From the IMG/VR virus record IMGVR_UViG_3300023235_000014: a stretch of 50,582 nt of DNA; one strand, 5' to 3'. Positions 1 to 8,246 of this stretch are shown here, one piece after another (position 1 is the first letter of the stretch; each line of letters starts with the position of its first letter). The notes beneath the pieces are model-generated. The model did not search any database, was not told the DNA's origin, and worked only from the letters and a program-made list of their open reading frames with translations. A program made the position numbers and the translations under genes. Origin of the DNA: a virus.

Positions 1-104
1 ATGAGGGAGCCCTCCAAAAGAAGTTCATGGAAATGTTGGATACCTTTTTCCACACGTGTGATCGGGAATCGGTAGGCACAGTAAATCTTAGTACTCATAG
101 TTAA
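1..104 (+). CDS. 3' end of an upstream plus-strand gene (partial, frame 3, ...KKFMEMLDTFFHTCDRESVGTVNLSTHS*)
   Basis: Open frame running in from the window edge to TAA at 102..104. It is followed by a hairpin plus T-run terminator at 119..140. The choice of frame is uncertain. Confidence 0.25.
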   Translation, partial: EGALQKKFMEMLDTFFHTCDRESVGTVNLSTHS

Positions 105-118
105 TCTCTAATTGAAGA

Positions 119-142
119 AACCCTGCAAGCAGGGTTTTTTCA
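119..142. terminator. Bidirectional intrinsic terminator between convergent genes
   Basis: Hairpin aaccctg-caag-cagggtt (7 bp) followed by TTTTTT on the plus strand. On the minus strand it lies directly after the RNA ligase stop (140..142) and is followed by a T-rich run. Confidence 0.6.
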
Positions 143-1384
143 GTTCTCTGTTTGACGAAGGATAGAATCAAGGAAGTTATTTGCCCAACCACCATTGACA
201 TGACGCTTCTTGGTCGCCCAGTCCAACAAGTCAGTCACATTGCCCTGGTATTGCTGCATTAGCGGTGACATCCAAGCCTTTCGGGCGTTTACGGCAAGCG
301 CAAACGCCTTACGGTGTTCACACTGGTATGCATCCCCGACAAGTGGTGCCCCTTCATCGTCGTATGTGACCTTCAGGGCAGCGTTAGCTTCGTCCAAACA
401 CTCTTGGAATATGGACTTATGCGAGATAACAAGCTTACGAAAGTTTTCACGCAGAGCCTCTGCACGCTTTACAATCTCCTCTGGGAGAAGCGGAAGAGCA
501 TCATCTAGCTTCTCCATAAGGATTAGTTCAACGATACCACGAGGTGAGTTGAGAACAGAGTCTCGGATCTTGTTCAAGGCCAAATACCCAGCGTTCTTAA
601 CCTTAATTCGGTTGAAGTTCTGGTCGCAGACCACGATCCCCTCGTAAGCGGACGGATCTCGTTCAGATACGAAATCAACCATTTCCTTGAGTGAACCAAA
701 ACGGAAGCGCTCAGCAACTGGAGTCTTTACCTTTGCCTGGACAAACGCAGGGAAAAGCTCCTTGCCTGTGCGAGTCTTACGGGCTGCAAGTAGAGTGATC
801 CCATAACCCTCATAGTCAACAACGATACGGTTTAGTGGCGTCGTCAGCTCAAACATGTACGTAGTGTCACGGAAAAGCATCTTCTCGGTCCATACACCAA
901 AGTCCTTGCCAACGGTCTCAAGGACCGCCTTCTCAAACAGAGTACGGAAAGTAAACTCTTCGAAACCAGACATCGGCAAATCCGCTTCTGGGACAGAGCG
1001 AGTTGCGACATGCCATTCCTTTTTGTGATCATCGTAGTAGACGATACAAAGAGTGCCGTCCATCTTCTCATAGAATGAGGTTGCAGGGTGATCGATATCC
1101 ACCTCAGCAGCAGCAGCCTGACCAAGGTTGAAGAAGCGATCAAAAGGGCGAGCAAGCACAACCGTCTCACCAATCGGGCGATCGGAGACGATAACTTGTG
1201 AATCGGGATCTGCTACCCGCAGAATCAGACCACGGCACTGTTGTGCCAAAACATCATCATCACGAGACTCGATCTGGTTATAGTTCAGGCTAAACTTATG
1301 CCCACACACACGAGCCTTCACTCCATGTGCAAGCTCCAAGTCGTCCAACGAATGCTTCTTGAGATACTCTTGTACCAACGTCAT
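140..1384 (-). CDS. ATP-dependent RNA ligase, Rnl1-like (T4 RnlA-type nucleotidyltransferase)
   Basis: 414-aa ORF. Motif I KMDGTL (KxDG lysine adenylation site, compare T4 Rnl1 KEDGSL), EGIVV (motif IV) and KVKNAGY (motif V). SD AGGAG 9 nt upstream of the ATG. Confidence 0.75.
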   Translation of the reverse strand: MTLVQEYLKKHSLDDLELAHGVKARVCGHKFSLNYNQIESRDDDVLAQQCRGLILRVADPDSQVIVSDRPIGETVVLARPFDRFFNLGQAAAAEVDIDHPATSFYEKMDGTLCIVYYDDHKKEWHVATRSVPEADLPMSGFEEFTFRTLFEKAVLETVGKDFGVWTEKMLFRDTTYMFELTTPLNRIVVDYEGYGITLLAARKTRTGKELFPAFVQAKVKTPVAERFRFGSLKEMVDFVSERDPSAYEGIVVCDQNFNRIKVKNAGYLALNKIRDSVLNSPRGIVELILMEKLDDALPLLPEEIVKRAEALRENFRKLVISHKSIFQECLDEANAALKVTYDDEGAPLVGDAYQCEHRKAFALAVNARKAWMSPLMQQYQGNVTDLLDWATKKRHVNGGWANNFLDSILRQTEN

Positions 1385-1404
1385 TACTAATTCTCCTATG
1401 CTTG

Positions 1405-1440
1405 ATTATAACAGCAATGGGCCCACAAGTGAACCCATTT
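1405..1440 (-). promoter_or_regulatory. Promoter-like element GGGTTCACT-N17-TATAAT upstream of the RNA ligase gene
   Basis: Minus strand reads AAATGGGTTCACTTGTGGGCCCATTGCTGTTATAATC. The -35-like TTCACT is 17 nt from TATAAT. The motif sits in an imperfect hairpin TGGGTTCA/TGGGCCCA. The SD and ATG lie about 20 nt downstream. Confidence 0.55.
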
Positions 1441-1529
1441 AGCTTTTTCTAAGTGTCCCTAAATAGGGAAAAATTGTATTTCAGTTGTTCGCTACTTTCA
1501 GGCCATCACTCAGCATTCCAAGGAACATC

Positions 1530-2171
1530 CTAGTCTTCCAAAGGTGCAACCATAGCCTTGTCCTTCCAGAACATAAAGGACTCCCGAAGCATCTTGACAA
1601 AGTCTTCGTCAGAGAGCCCCGTGTCGGTCCCGCCATTAGAACCAAAGTGGTTATGCATTAGGACATTCGGCCCGATGGGCATTTCGCCCTCACAAGGGTT
1701 TGCGTTGATTGAGATAATCTCCCAATTCCCCTCTTCTGCGGGAAGTTCGTTATCACCACCCTCAGCAAGGACCGTCGAGGCGTAGAGTACGATCTCTACA
1801 GACTTCGCAGGAAGCTTGTCCGCTGCCACGGCGCCAACACTCTTTCGTGGCGCCTCACCAGCCCGTCGGGCCTTGAATGAACCACGAAGCTCACTGCCCT
1901 CTTCAAGAGTAACTACCCCCGAAAAGAAGTATTGTGGGTTGCATGGAACAAGCACTACACCATCACGGTATCCAGGCTTGCTAACTCCATCAGCTAGCAT
2001 CAGCTCAATGGAGGCACGAAGGTTCTCCCAAACATCAGCAGCCCCAGGAGGGCCATCGAAGTGTGAGAACTCACTCTCAGGGGTCTGGCGCCTGACGAAA
2101 CTGTTCACGTGTACTGTAGTCGTTGTTCCTGCCTTTTTCATTCTTCCATTATACCATATTTGGGATGGCAT
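1530..2171 (-). CDS. Hypothetical protein (213 aa) adjacent to the RNA ligase
   Basis: Long ORF on the same strand as its neighbours. No motif I can name with confidence. Confidence 0.5.
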   Translation of the reverse strand: MPSQIWYNGRMKKAGTTTTVHVNSFVRRQTPESEFSHFDGPPGAADVWENLRASIELMLADGVSKPGYRDGVVLVPCNPQYFFSGVVTLEEGSELRGSFKARRAGEAPRKSVGAVAADKLPAKSVEIVLYASTVLAEGGDNELPAEEGNWEIISINANPCEGEMPIGPNVLMHNHFGSNGGTDTGLSDEDFVKMLRESFMFWKDKAMVAPLED

Positions 2172-2220
2172 ATGAACCGCTATTTCTCATTTTAAGCTGG
2201 TTTTCTTCTTTCTGACTGGT

Positions 2221-2553
2221 TCATTGCTTTTCCTTGTACAGTTGGGTTATTCGGCGGACCACAACCTTGGATTTCTGGCGATATTCCTGAGACTGGAAGC
2301 TCCAGTAATAAAACCACAGGTTACGCAGGTTCTCAGACCTAATGCTCCATTGAGCAAACCAGCCCTTAGTGATGTTTGCATGGATTTTGGTCAGTTCGAC
2401 ATGCATCAGGAAAATAGGCCACAGCAGACCATCCAGGTCATTTTCTGGGCTTCCAGAGACTTCTCGGCCAAACCAAACCCCAGTTTTGAATACAACCTGG
2501 GTAAAGAACCCCAGTACCTTCAGCTGCCTACGCTTCACAATTGCCACAGACAT
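2221..2553 (-). CDS. Hypothetical small Trp-rich protein (start at internal Met, MSVAIVKRRQ...)
   Basis: The ATG at 2553 lies 4 nt after the stop of the upstream zinc-finger gene (TGAAAAAATG coupling). The longer form in the ORF track overlaps the neighbouring gene. The antisense plus ORF 2224..2574 is the alternative reading. Confidence 0.35.
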   Translation of the reverse strand: MSVAIVKRRQLKVLGFFTQVVFKTGVWFGREVSGSPENDLDGLLWPIFLMHVELTKIHANITKGWFAQWSIRSENLRNLWFYYWSFQSQEYRQKSKVVVRRITQLYKEKQ

Positions 2554-2557
2554 TTTT

Positions 2558-2935
2558 TCAATCTTTCTTTCTGACCTTACAGGTGCGTGCATTATGGCCA
2601 GCGTTTCCACACTTGCCACACTTGCGAACATTTTTCTTACGTTCAACCCGCTTAGGGCGGGCCAGCTCCTGAGTACTATTGCCGCTGTCAATGCCCTCCT
2701 TAACTGAAGAAAGGCGAAGGACCACTCCCATTGCTCGAAGTTCACCCTCAGATTTCACTCGGCGAGTAGCTGGATCGTGAGTCTTCATAGCCTCTAGACG
2801 TCGAGCAAGGCTCTCGGATTCATGGAGGTCTCTACACTCCTGGGAACAATAGAGAAAGAGTTCCTCATCTCGTTCAGGCGTCAGTGGGGGTTTTCGAGCC
2901 TTACAACGTGTGCAAAGCATTATCGGGTGAATCAT
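2558..2935 (-). CDS. Small zinc-binding protein with an N-terminal TRASH-like C-x2-C-x17-C-x3-C motif and a C-terminal CCHC zinc knuckle
   Basis: Start trimmed to the ATG at 2935 (MIHPIMLCTRC...), which has SD AGGAAGG 7 nt upstream and removes the overlap with the GNAT gene. The C-terminus CGKCGNAGHNARTC fits C-X2-C-X4-H-X4-C exactly. The N-terminal region is CTRC...17 aa...CSQEC. Confidence 0.6.
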   Translation of the reverse strand: MIHPIMLCTRCKARKPPLTPERDEELFLYCSQECRDLHESESLARRLEAMKTHDPATRRVKSEGELRAMGVVLRLSSVKEGIDSGNSTQELARPKRVERKKNVRKCGKCGNAGHNARTCKVRKKD

Positions 2936-3012
2936 TGGTCTTACCTTCCTATCTTCATTATACCAAAATGAAGATAGGGTTTGAACCAACTTTCGGACAT
3001 TTAACCAAAAGG

Positions 3013-3474
3013 CTAAACTGGCATGTTCTTTCTGCGGTCTATGTAGGCCCAGCTCACTGGAATGTCGGGGACATCGTTGGAACTGTAGAAGCTTCGACCT
3101 GCCTCGTTCCAGGAATTGGAACGCATTGTTAGCCTGTTTGCCTTGCACCAGGCTTTAGCCTTAGCGATTAATCGTGAGCCAACCCCTCGGCGCCTGTGTT
3201 TTGAGCCAACGAAACATCCAACTTGACCAACCCCCTTTTTTGTTGGGTTGAAGGTTACGGAAGCCCAGCCTATCGGTTTACCGTGTTCCCAGGCAACGAA
3301 CATCATCATAGGCCGCCCGAGATCCAAATCCGAGTTCATCCCCGAACCAATGTCCCAGTTGCCGTCGGCGTAGTTGTTGAGATGGTCTTGAAGGTAATCA
3401 ACTAGCTTGAACCTTTTTTGAAAAACGTAGGCACTTTCATAGCGCATGATTTTAATCACTGCCCACTCCGACAC
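3013..3474 (-). CDS. GNAT family N-acetyltransferase
   Basis: GNAT motif A: VGSKHRRRGVGSRLIAKAKAW (R/Q-x-x-G-x-G/A). Confidence 0.7.
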   Translation of the reverse strand: MSEWAVIKIMRYESAYVFQKRFKLVDYLQDHLNNYADGNWDIGSGMNSDLDLGRPMMMFVAWEHGKPIGWASVTFNPTKKGVGQVGCFVGSKHRRRGVGSRLIAKAKAWCKANRLTMRSNSWNEAGRSFYSSNDVPDIPVSWAYIDRRKNMPV

Positions 3475-4411
3475 AGTCCCATTCCTTACGATATCTTAGC
3501 AGGGCTAGTTCTTTGGCCTTGGCTTCGATCATAATATCGATACTCTTACCGTGATCGCCGATAGGGTTGAAGATGTAGTCAGAGTGTGCTTGAGGTTTGC
3601 AGTAGTCGGTGCCGTCGGCATTGCGCTTAGTCTCCGAGTAGTGTGTTACAGGTCTGACGTGTCCCCAGGTGGACATCGCAAGTTCTAGGGCGTCCAGGAC
3701 AGGAAGATCAGAGCGGAACTTGTGGTGGTGGAAATCAAACACAACGGGGATACCGAGAGGTTTGTGTACATATTCATATAGTTCCTTGGTGGAGTACAAC
3801 GAGGGTCGGTCATCATTCTCAACCGTGAGACGAGTTTTGACCGAATCAGGAAGTTTATCGAAGTTTTGACAGAACTGCTTGAGAGCAGCGGGCTTGTCAT
3901 CATAGGCTGCGCCTACATGAATATTGATCTTGTTGAATGGAGTCCGTGAAAGGCCAATAAGGTCAAAAACTTCGCCGTGAATCTCCAAGTCACGAATGGT
4001 ATTTGCCACAACTCTTGGTTTGGAACTTGCCAGCTTGTTGAACGGACCAGGGTGTGAAGTGATGCGATGACCATGCTGCTTGGCAAAATCACCAGCAGCC
4101 CTGAGAGTCGTCACAATCTCGCCGTAGTCGGGCAAGTCAGAAAGGTTGTACTCGGAAGCCCAGGGACAAATGTCACTTGAAAGTCGGAAGAAGGTAATGT
4201 TGTGCTCTTCATTCCACTTTAGAATAGTAAGCAAATCCCTGGCGTTTTGAAGAAGCAGCTCAGATGCGTAAGCTAAGCCTTTGGCTTCAAAGGTTGCTTT
4301 GCGCATTGTGCGATTGGTGGTAACACGATTCTTTTTAGGCTTCACGTTCGTCAACGTCATGTTGATACAGGCATAGCCTAGCGAAGCGTAATGATCAGTA
4401 CGAGTTGTCAT
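3452..4411 (-). CDS. uvdE: UV damage endonuclease UvdE (UVDE family)
   Basis: 319 aa. N-terminal LGYACINMTL and an overall TIM-barrel UvdE-like sequence with conserved His/Glu/Asp-rich blocks (HVGAAYDD, ENDDRP, DFHHH). Confidence 0.85.
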   Translation of the reverse strand: MTTRTDHYASLGYACINMTLTNVKPKKNRVTTNRTMRKATFEAKGLAYASELLLQNARDLLTILKWNEEHNITFFRLSSDICPWASEYNLSDLPDYGEIVTTLRAAGDFAKQHGHRITSHPGPFNKLASSKPRVVANTIRDLEIHGEVFDLIGLSRTPFNKINIHVGAAYDDKPAALKQFCQNFDKLPDSVKTRLTVENDDRPSLYSTKELYEYVHKPLGIPVVFDFHHHKFRSDLPVLDALELAMSTWGHVRPVTHYSETKRNADGTDYCKPQAHSDYIFNPIGDHGKSIDIMIEAKAKELALLRYRKEWDCVGVGSD

Positions 4412-4516
4412 GAGGTTACTTTACCATGCCTGGTAATCCTTATAAACTGTTTCTGGGACGCAAATAACGAAAAGGTTGCACAGGCTGGGAAATGAATCCC
4501 ACGGTCCTGTGAGCTT

Positions 4517-5077
4517 TTAGGCTTTTTTCTGTTTCTTAACTTTTTTGACCGTTTTGCTATGGGAGGCAAAGTTTTCCTTATAGAAAGAATGCCAGTTTTT
4601 GTTCGGGACAAAATCACCCTTATATCCGTGTCCACACTGTGCTGGCTCTTTGGGTCCCCAATCGCAAAAATAAGAAAGCCAGGCTGAAGCCTCTGCATTT
4701 GGAACGAGTCCATGGTCGCTCTTCCATTGAGCAGCCCTAACTGCTTTTACTTTCAACGTCTGGAACAGGGTCTCGGAGGAATATTGGTTCAGTCCAAGCC
4801 TGATATCCTTCGCCACATCACTGTTCGTATAGTTGGTATATTTTTCTGGGTATTCCTGGGGCGCCAGTCGGTCGAATCCACTGCATCCTCTCATAATATC
4901 AAGCATTTCCTCCAGGTGTTCTGCTTGACTCTTTAGGACCATAGCCCACTCCATGTATTTTAGGGTACGTTCAGAACGATATTCCTCATCAAATGAAAAA
5001 AACCTCAGTGCCAGATTTCGGAGTTCTTCGCTGTGTTCATCTCGGGTTCTTTCTGTCCCAAATTTCCTAAATGGCAT
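4517..5077 (-). CDS. Hypothetical protein (186 aa, start at the ATG with SD AAGGGG)
   Basis: The ORF track begins at a GTG at 5095. The ATG at 5077 is preceded by AAGGGGTGTTGT and is the more likely start. The overlapping ORF 4408..4713 is probably spurious. Confidence 0.5.
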   Translation of the reverse strand: MPFRKFGTERTRDEHSEELRNLALRFFSFDEEYRSERTLKYMEWAMVLKSQAEHLEEMLDIMRGCSGFDRLAPQEYPEKYTNYTNSDVAKDIRLGLNQYSSETLFQTLKVKAVRAAQWKSDHGLVPNAEASAWLSYFCDWGPKEPAQCGHGYKGDFVPNKNWHSFYKENFASHSKTVKKVKKQKKA

Positions 5078-5114
5078 ACAACACCCCTTCTGCACATATT
5101 TGTGTACTGTGTTT

Positions 5115-5421
5115 CAATCAGATGCATCTGTAGCGGATTTGTATTCCTGTGAATATGGTTCTAGGCTATTGACAAGAGTTGTCGCATATGAACGAGCCTC
5201 TTGAGCTGCCGCTTGTTCAATTTCGGGGCCGATGTCATTAGCAAAGGTGGTAAATACCTGGACCTCAGCCAAGTTTGCCACCATTCCTGGGAACTTCTCC
5301 CAGGTGAATTTCAGCCCTGGTTAGATTCATCTTGAAAGAACTCAAACAACCTGGTCGCTAGGATGCGACCATACTCCTGAGCTAACTCAATTTGGCTTTT
5401 CTTCTTTTTCTTCTTACTCAT
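5115..5421 (-). pseudogene. Frameshifted small gene (MSKKKKKKSQIELAQEYGRILATRLFEFFQDESNQG, then a +1 shift into ...KFTWEKFPGMVANLAEVQVF...SATDASD)
   Basis: Two collinear open frames (5311..5421 and 5115..about 5320) joined by a 1-nt frame change near 5311..5325. They fill an otherwise 340-nt gap with no ORF. Confidence 0.3.
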
Positions 5422-5433
5422 CGGCACGCCCTG

Positions 5434-5688
5434 TCAATCAACCTTGGTCAACTTGTTGGCAACAATGCTCCAGAGGTGCTTGTTCCCGTGAGCATCCTCA
5501 AGTTCAAGAACTCGTGAGTTGGAGTTGGTCCCGTTGAGAAGTCCAGAGCACATGATCGTGCAGTTCAATTCCTCTTCAACATGCCGAATAAGGAGGTGAT
5601 ACTCGTCGGTCCCCTCCTCGGACATCCTATCGAGAGCCATATCCAGGAGATTGAAAATGAAGTCTGAACTGTGATCATTTTTGTTCAT
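5434..5688 (-). CDS. Hypothetical protein (84 aa)
   Basis: ORF on the local coding strand, immediately downstream of the tRNA. Confidence 0.45.
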   Translation of the reverse strand: MNKNDHSSDFIFNLLDMALDRMSEEGTDEYHLLIRHVEEELNCTIMCSGLLNGTNSNSRVLELEDAHGNKHLWSIVANKLTKVD

Positions 5689-5718
5689 CGGGGTTATCTT
5701 CTCTTTCTATTCATTTAG

Positions 5719-5790
5719 TGGGTCCACTCAGATTCGAACTGAGAACCAAGAAGTTAAAAGCTTCCTGCACTGCCATTGTGCTATAGACCC
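5719..5790 (-). tRNA. tRNA-Lys(UUU): tRNA-Lys (anticodon UUU)
   Basis: Minus strand reads GGGTCTA-TA-GCAC-AATGGCA-GTGC-A-GGAAG-CTTTTAA-CTTCT-TGGT-TCTCAG-TTCGAAT-CTGAG-TGGACCC-A. Acceptor stem is 7 bp with one G-U pair. The T-loop is TTCGAAT. The anticodon loop CTTTTAA gives anticodon TTT. Discriminator A. No CCA is encoded. Confidence 0.9.
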
Positions 5791-5911
5791 AGGTTTGGCG
5801 CTTTTATATTCTCTATTTATAGCTTTGCGTTCACATTGGGTAGCGCCTGGTTGTTTGGAACCACAACCTATGTTGTTCTATCCCGCTCAACCTTTGAAAA
5901 CCCAGAATTTT

Positions 5912-5945
5912 TCGTACGCTGTCGGATTTGAACCGAGTCAGTTTA
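5912..5945 (-). other. tRNA-like T-arm fragment (GGTTCAAATCC), not a complete tRNA
   Basis: Minus strand has CTCGG-TTCAAAT-CCGAC followed by AGCGTACG. No complementary 5' acceptor strand or anticodon arm can be folded. Confidence 0.2.
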
Positions 5946-6147
5946 CCTGCCAAGTTGCCATCTTAGTACATTTTAATCTAATCTTTTTCGGTTAGACGAT
6001 CCCAGGCGAACGGGCTTCTACAGGATGTCTGACCAGCTTCATCGGAGGTCAATGCCTCCTCCACCAGGTGTCACAGCACTCTCACAACGTACAAAGACTT
6101 TCAAAGACCTGTCTTCTTTCTAGCAAAGAATAGGCAGAATCTGAACC

Positions 6148-6363
6148 TCAAATCACCTTTTCACCTTTTTTTGTGAGGCTGCCGTTCTTTATTTTACAGA
6201 GCCTACTGAATACTTTCAACACACGCAAACGTGGGCAGGTTGGTGTTACCGACACATTAGATGTAGACACCAGAAAGTCACCATGAACAATCAGAGGTGC
6301 ACCACATGCCGCCCGCTCGGCAGCATTCTCTGAATAAATGTGTGTGTACTTACCTTTACTCAC
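6148..6363 (-). CDS. Hypothetical small protein (71 aa, GTG start overlapping the ligase stop)
   Basis: GTGA overlap with the stop of the DNA ligase gene. Weak RBS. Confidence 0.3.
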   Translation of the reverse strand: MSKGKYTHIYSENAAERAACGAPLIVHGDFLVSTSNVSVTPTCPRLRVLKVFSRLCKIKNGSLTKKGEKVI

Positions 6364-7421
6364 TCGTAGTCCCGCACCGCTACGAACTGTGGAAATCTTG
6401 GCACACCAGTTTCCTTGAACGTTTCTGTGTATCGAAAAGTAATTACCGACCCAAGTGGCGGTGGGTTTTTGCGGAGCTTGTGTGTAAGCCCACCAACCTT
6501 AGTTTCAACATTGCCCCACTTCAAACGGATCGAGCCAACCCTACCCTTGTGTTGGCCCTTACCATCGATGTATCCAACGACCACACCCTCATCATCGAAC
6601 CACTTCTTCACCTTCAGGCAGGTGTTGGACTTACCCTCTTCATACATTGAACCAGGCATGCGAATCATGATGCCCTCGCCGCCCTCAGCGACAATCTTGT
6701 CGACTCGCCTGGTAAGATCAGCAGCGGACTTACACCTGGTGTGCGGAAGCACACGAGCAACCCCACCCTTTGAACCAGGCTCCCAGACAGGAAAAAGCCC
6801 CTTGAGAAACTCAACACGAACCTCAAAAGCGTCACCTTGCTCTGGAGCGTCGAAAATCACATATGTGATGTTGTTCCACTCGTCATCATTCGGGATGAGC
6901 TTACGGGCAGCGCCCGAGGTCTTGGTAAAGTTTCCTCGACCAGCAAAAAGCTCGCCATCAAGAACAACGCCCCTGGGCAACTGTTCCTTAAACCACTTGG
7001 GTGCATGGAACTCATTGCCATTGCGACTTAGAAAGCGCTCACCAGTCCACCAGGCTCGAACGCCATCAAGCTTTTCGGACATCCACCAATCAGTCGGGTC
7101 CTCATTCTCCCACTTGTGGGCGAGTAACACGGGAGGTGCAGCATCCTTTTTGACGGCAGCCTTTCTCGGAGCGCCCTTGCCGCCCTTCTTCGGTTTGGCC
7201 TTTTTGCTGTCGTACATCGCATGGGCCTGCGGGAGCAAGCAGGCACGGTCAACGTTCGCACGGATGTGCTTGCAGACACGGAGATCAAGAGGGCCTCCGA
7301 TGTTCCGCCAGGCGGGGCAAGAACAGTCCACCACGCCGCCGACGTTTCTGAGCAGGTATGGTTTCTTTCCTGAACCCTTTACTTCGATTGAGTCGCCGTC
7401 GTTCAAAAACACTTTAGTCAT
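6360..7421 (-). CDS. ATP-dependent DNA ligase with N-terminal SWIM-type zinc finger and a basic Lys/Ala/Pro-rich linker
   Basis: Motif I EKLDGVRAW (KxDGxR), motif IV EGIMIR, motif V LKVKK, and a C-terminal OB-like region. The N-terminus has CSC-x16-CKH (CxC...CxH SWIM pattern) followed by KKAKPKKGGKGAPRKAAVKK. SD AAGGAAA upstream. Confidence 0.85.
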   Translation of the reverse strand: MTKVFLNDGDSIEVKGSGKKPYLLRNVGGVVDCSCPAWRNIGGPLDLRVCKHIRANVDRACLLPQAHAMYDSKKAKPKKGGKGAPRKAAVKKDAAPPVLLAHKWENEDPTDWWMSEKLDGVRAWWTGERFLSRNGNEFHAPKWFKEQLPRGVVLDGELFAGRGNFTKTSGAARKLIPNDDEWNNITYVIFDAPEQGDAFEVRVEFLKGLFPVWEPGSKGGVARVLPHTRCKSAADLTRRVDKIVAEGGEGIMIRMPGSMYEEGKSNTCLKVKKWFDDEGVVVGYIDGKGQHKGRVGSIRLKWGNVETKVGGLTHKLRKNPPPLGSVITFRYTETFKETGVPRFPQFVAVRDYE

Positions 7422-7448
7422 TTCGTTTCCTTAGTTTTCCATTCTTCA

Positions 7449-7481
7449 ATTATACCAGTTTCGAGGTCACATTTGAACCTA
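7449..7481 (-). promoter_or_regulatory. Promoter-like element AGGTTCAAAT-N17-TATAAT upstream of the DNA ligase gene
   Basis: Minus strand reads TAGGTTCAAATGTGACCTCGAAACTGGTATAATTGAAG. The spacer is 17 nt exactly. RBS AAGGAAA and the ATG at 7421 lie downstream. Confidence 0.55.
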
Positions 7482-7482
7482 T

Positions 7483-7737
7483 TTACCAGGAAATATCAGC
7501 AGAATCCCGCTTTTTCGGGCTGCGGTGACGTCGTTCCTCGGCTGCTGAAGCAGTGTCTACCGCAAGGTCCCACACAAAATGGGTGTCATCGTCGAGCCAT
7601 GCAAGGCAATCGAAGTGCAAAGCAGCCTCTTCGGCTAGTTTGGTGCAGTTGACATCTCCATGTTCGTCCCAAAGACCACAATCGTAATCTTGGAGAGTCT
7701 GAAACATGAACTTACGAATTTTGGCTGGATTGCTCAT
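7483..7737 (-). CDS. Hypothetical protein (84 aa)
   Basis: ORF with a Trp/Asp-rich sequence, preceded by a promoter-like element and GGAAACGAGGAG-type SD. Confidence 0.45.
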   Translation of the reverse strand: MSNPAKIRKFMFQTLQDYDCGLWDEHGDVNCTKLAEEAALHFDCLAWLDDDTHFVWDLAVDTASAAEERRHRSPKKRDSADISW

Positions 7738-7767
7738 CTGACTCTACTCCTCGTTTCCTTCTAATTG

Positions 7768-7800
7768 ATTATAGCAGATTTATATGCCAAAATGAACCCC
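7768..7800 (-). promoter_or_regulatory. Promoter-like element GGGGTTCATT-N17-TATAAT
   Basis: Minus strand reads TGGGGTTCATTTTGGCATATAAATCTGCTATAATCA. The GGGTTC part is the 3' arm of the perfect hairpin at 7794..7824. Confidence 0.5.
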
Positions 7801-7824
7801 ATAGGTAAAAAACCTATGGGGTTC
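7794..7824 (-). terminator. Perfect 12-bp stem-loop (GAACCCCATAGG-TAAAAAA-CCTATGGGGTTC) with a following T-run on the minus strand
   Basis: Lies downstream of gene 7866..8246 on the minus strand. The hairpin is followed by CATTTTGG. It overlaps the -35 region of the next promoter. Confidence 0.5.
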
Positions 7825-7865
7825 ACACGAAAAAGGAGATTTAAAGACCACACATGGGCTGGGTT

Positions 7866-8246
7866 TCAGAGCCGTTCTAGAAGGTTGCCAGCAATACGCT
7901 CCTTGATACGTGAAATCACATAGACAAGGTGCTCGCTTGAGCCGTCTTCTTCTGCGTATAGAGGAGCCCATGAGGCTCCAATGGCCTCGTGCTCCTGAGG
8001 CTCCAGATAAGTTGCAGCCATCTTTAGTGAAGTCGCAGCATTACACCAACCGTGGTGATTGAAGCCATCACTTACACCCTCGACAACTTGGTCGAGGAGC
8101 TTATGGACGTACTTGATCGTCCTAAGACGATTCCTTTCCGCACGTTGTCTGCGTTTGTCTCTCTCTGTTTCTTTGTCACTCGTTGAACTGGAAGTCTCGC
8201 TGGTTTTTGGACCACTGGGCTTTTTCTTTACGTAATCTCTGCTCAT
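7866..8246 (-). CDS. Hypothetical protein (126 aa, basic Ser/Arg-rich N-terminus)
   Basis: ORF on the local coding strand. Confidence 0.45.
   Translation of the reverse strand: MSRDYVKKKPSGPKTSETSSSTSDKETERDKRRQRAERNRLRTIKYVHKLLDQVVEGVSDGFNHHGWCNAATSLKMAATYLEPQEHEAIGASWAPLYAEEDGSSEHLVYVISRIKERIAGNLLERL

Noticed and set aside
2558-2935. Eukaryotic or giant-virus origin, suggested by the CCHC zinc knuckle and the fused Mre11-Rad50
   Set aside because: The window has Shine-Dalgarno sequences at correct spacing, TAATG/ATGA coupled junctions, a DnaG/gp61-type primase, a lipobox lipoprotein, a HicA domain and sigma70-like -10 elements. All of these point to a bacteriophage.
5912-5990. A second complete tRNA next to tRNA-Lys
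   Set aside because: Only a T-arm (CTCGG-TTCAAAT-CCGAC) and a possible 3' acceptor strand can be found. No complementary 5' acceptor strand, D-arm or anticodon arm folds.
6415-7434. 339-aa plus-strand ORF (Ser/Pro-rich) antisense to the DNA ligase
   Set aside because: It is a low-complexity antisense frame. The minus-strand frame carries the full set of ligase motifs. Many other track ORFs are rejected for the same reason: they are antisense or overlap strong genes. Examples are 210..647, 844..1173, 1816..2175, 2224..2574, 4408..4713, 11732..12016, 14960..15475, 17702..17950, 33699..33980, 34180..34752, 44740..44976 and 47153..47568.
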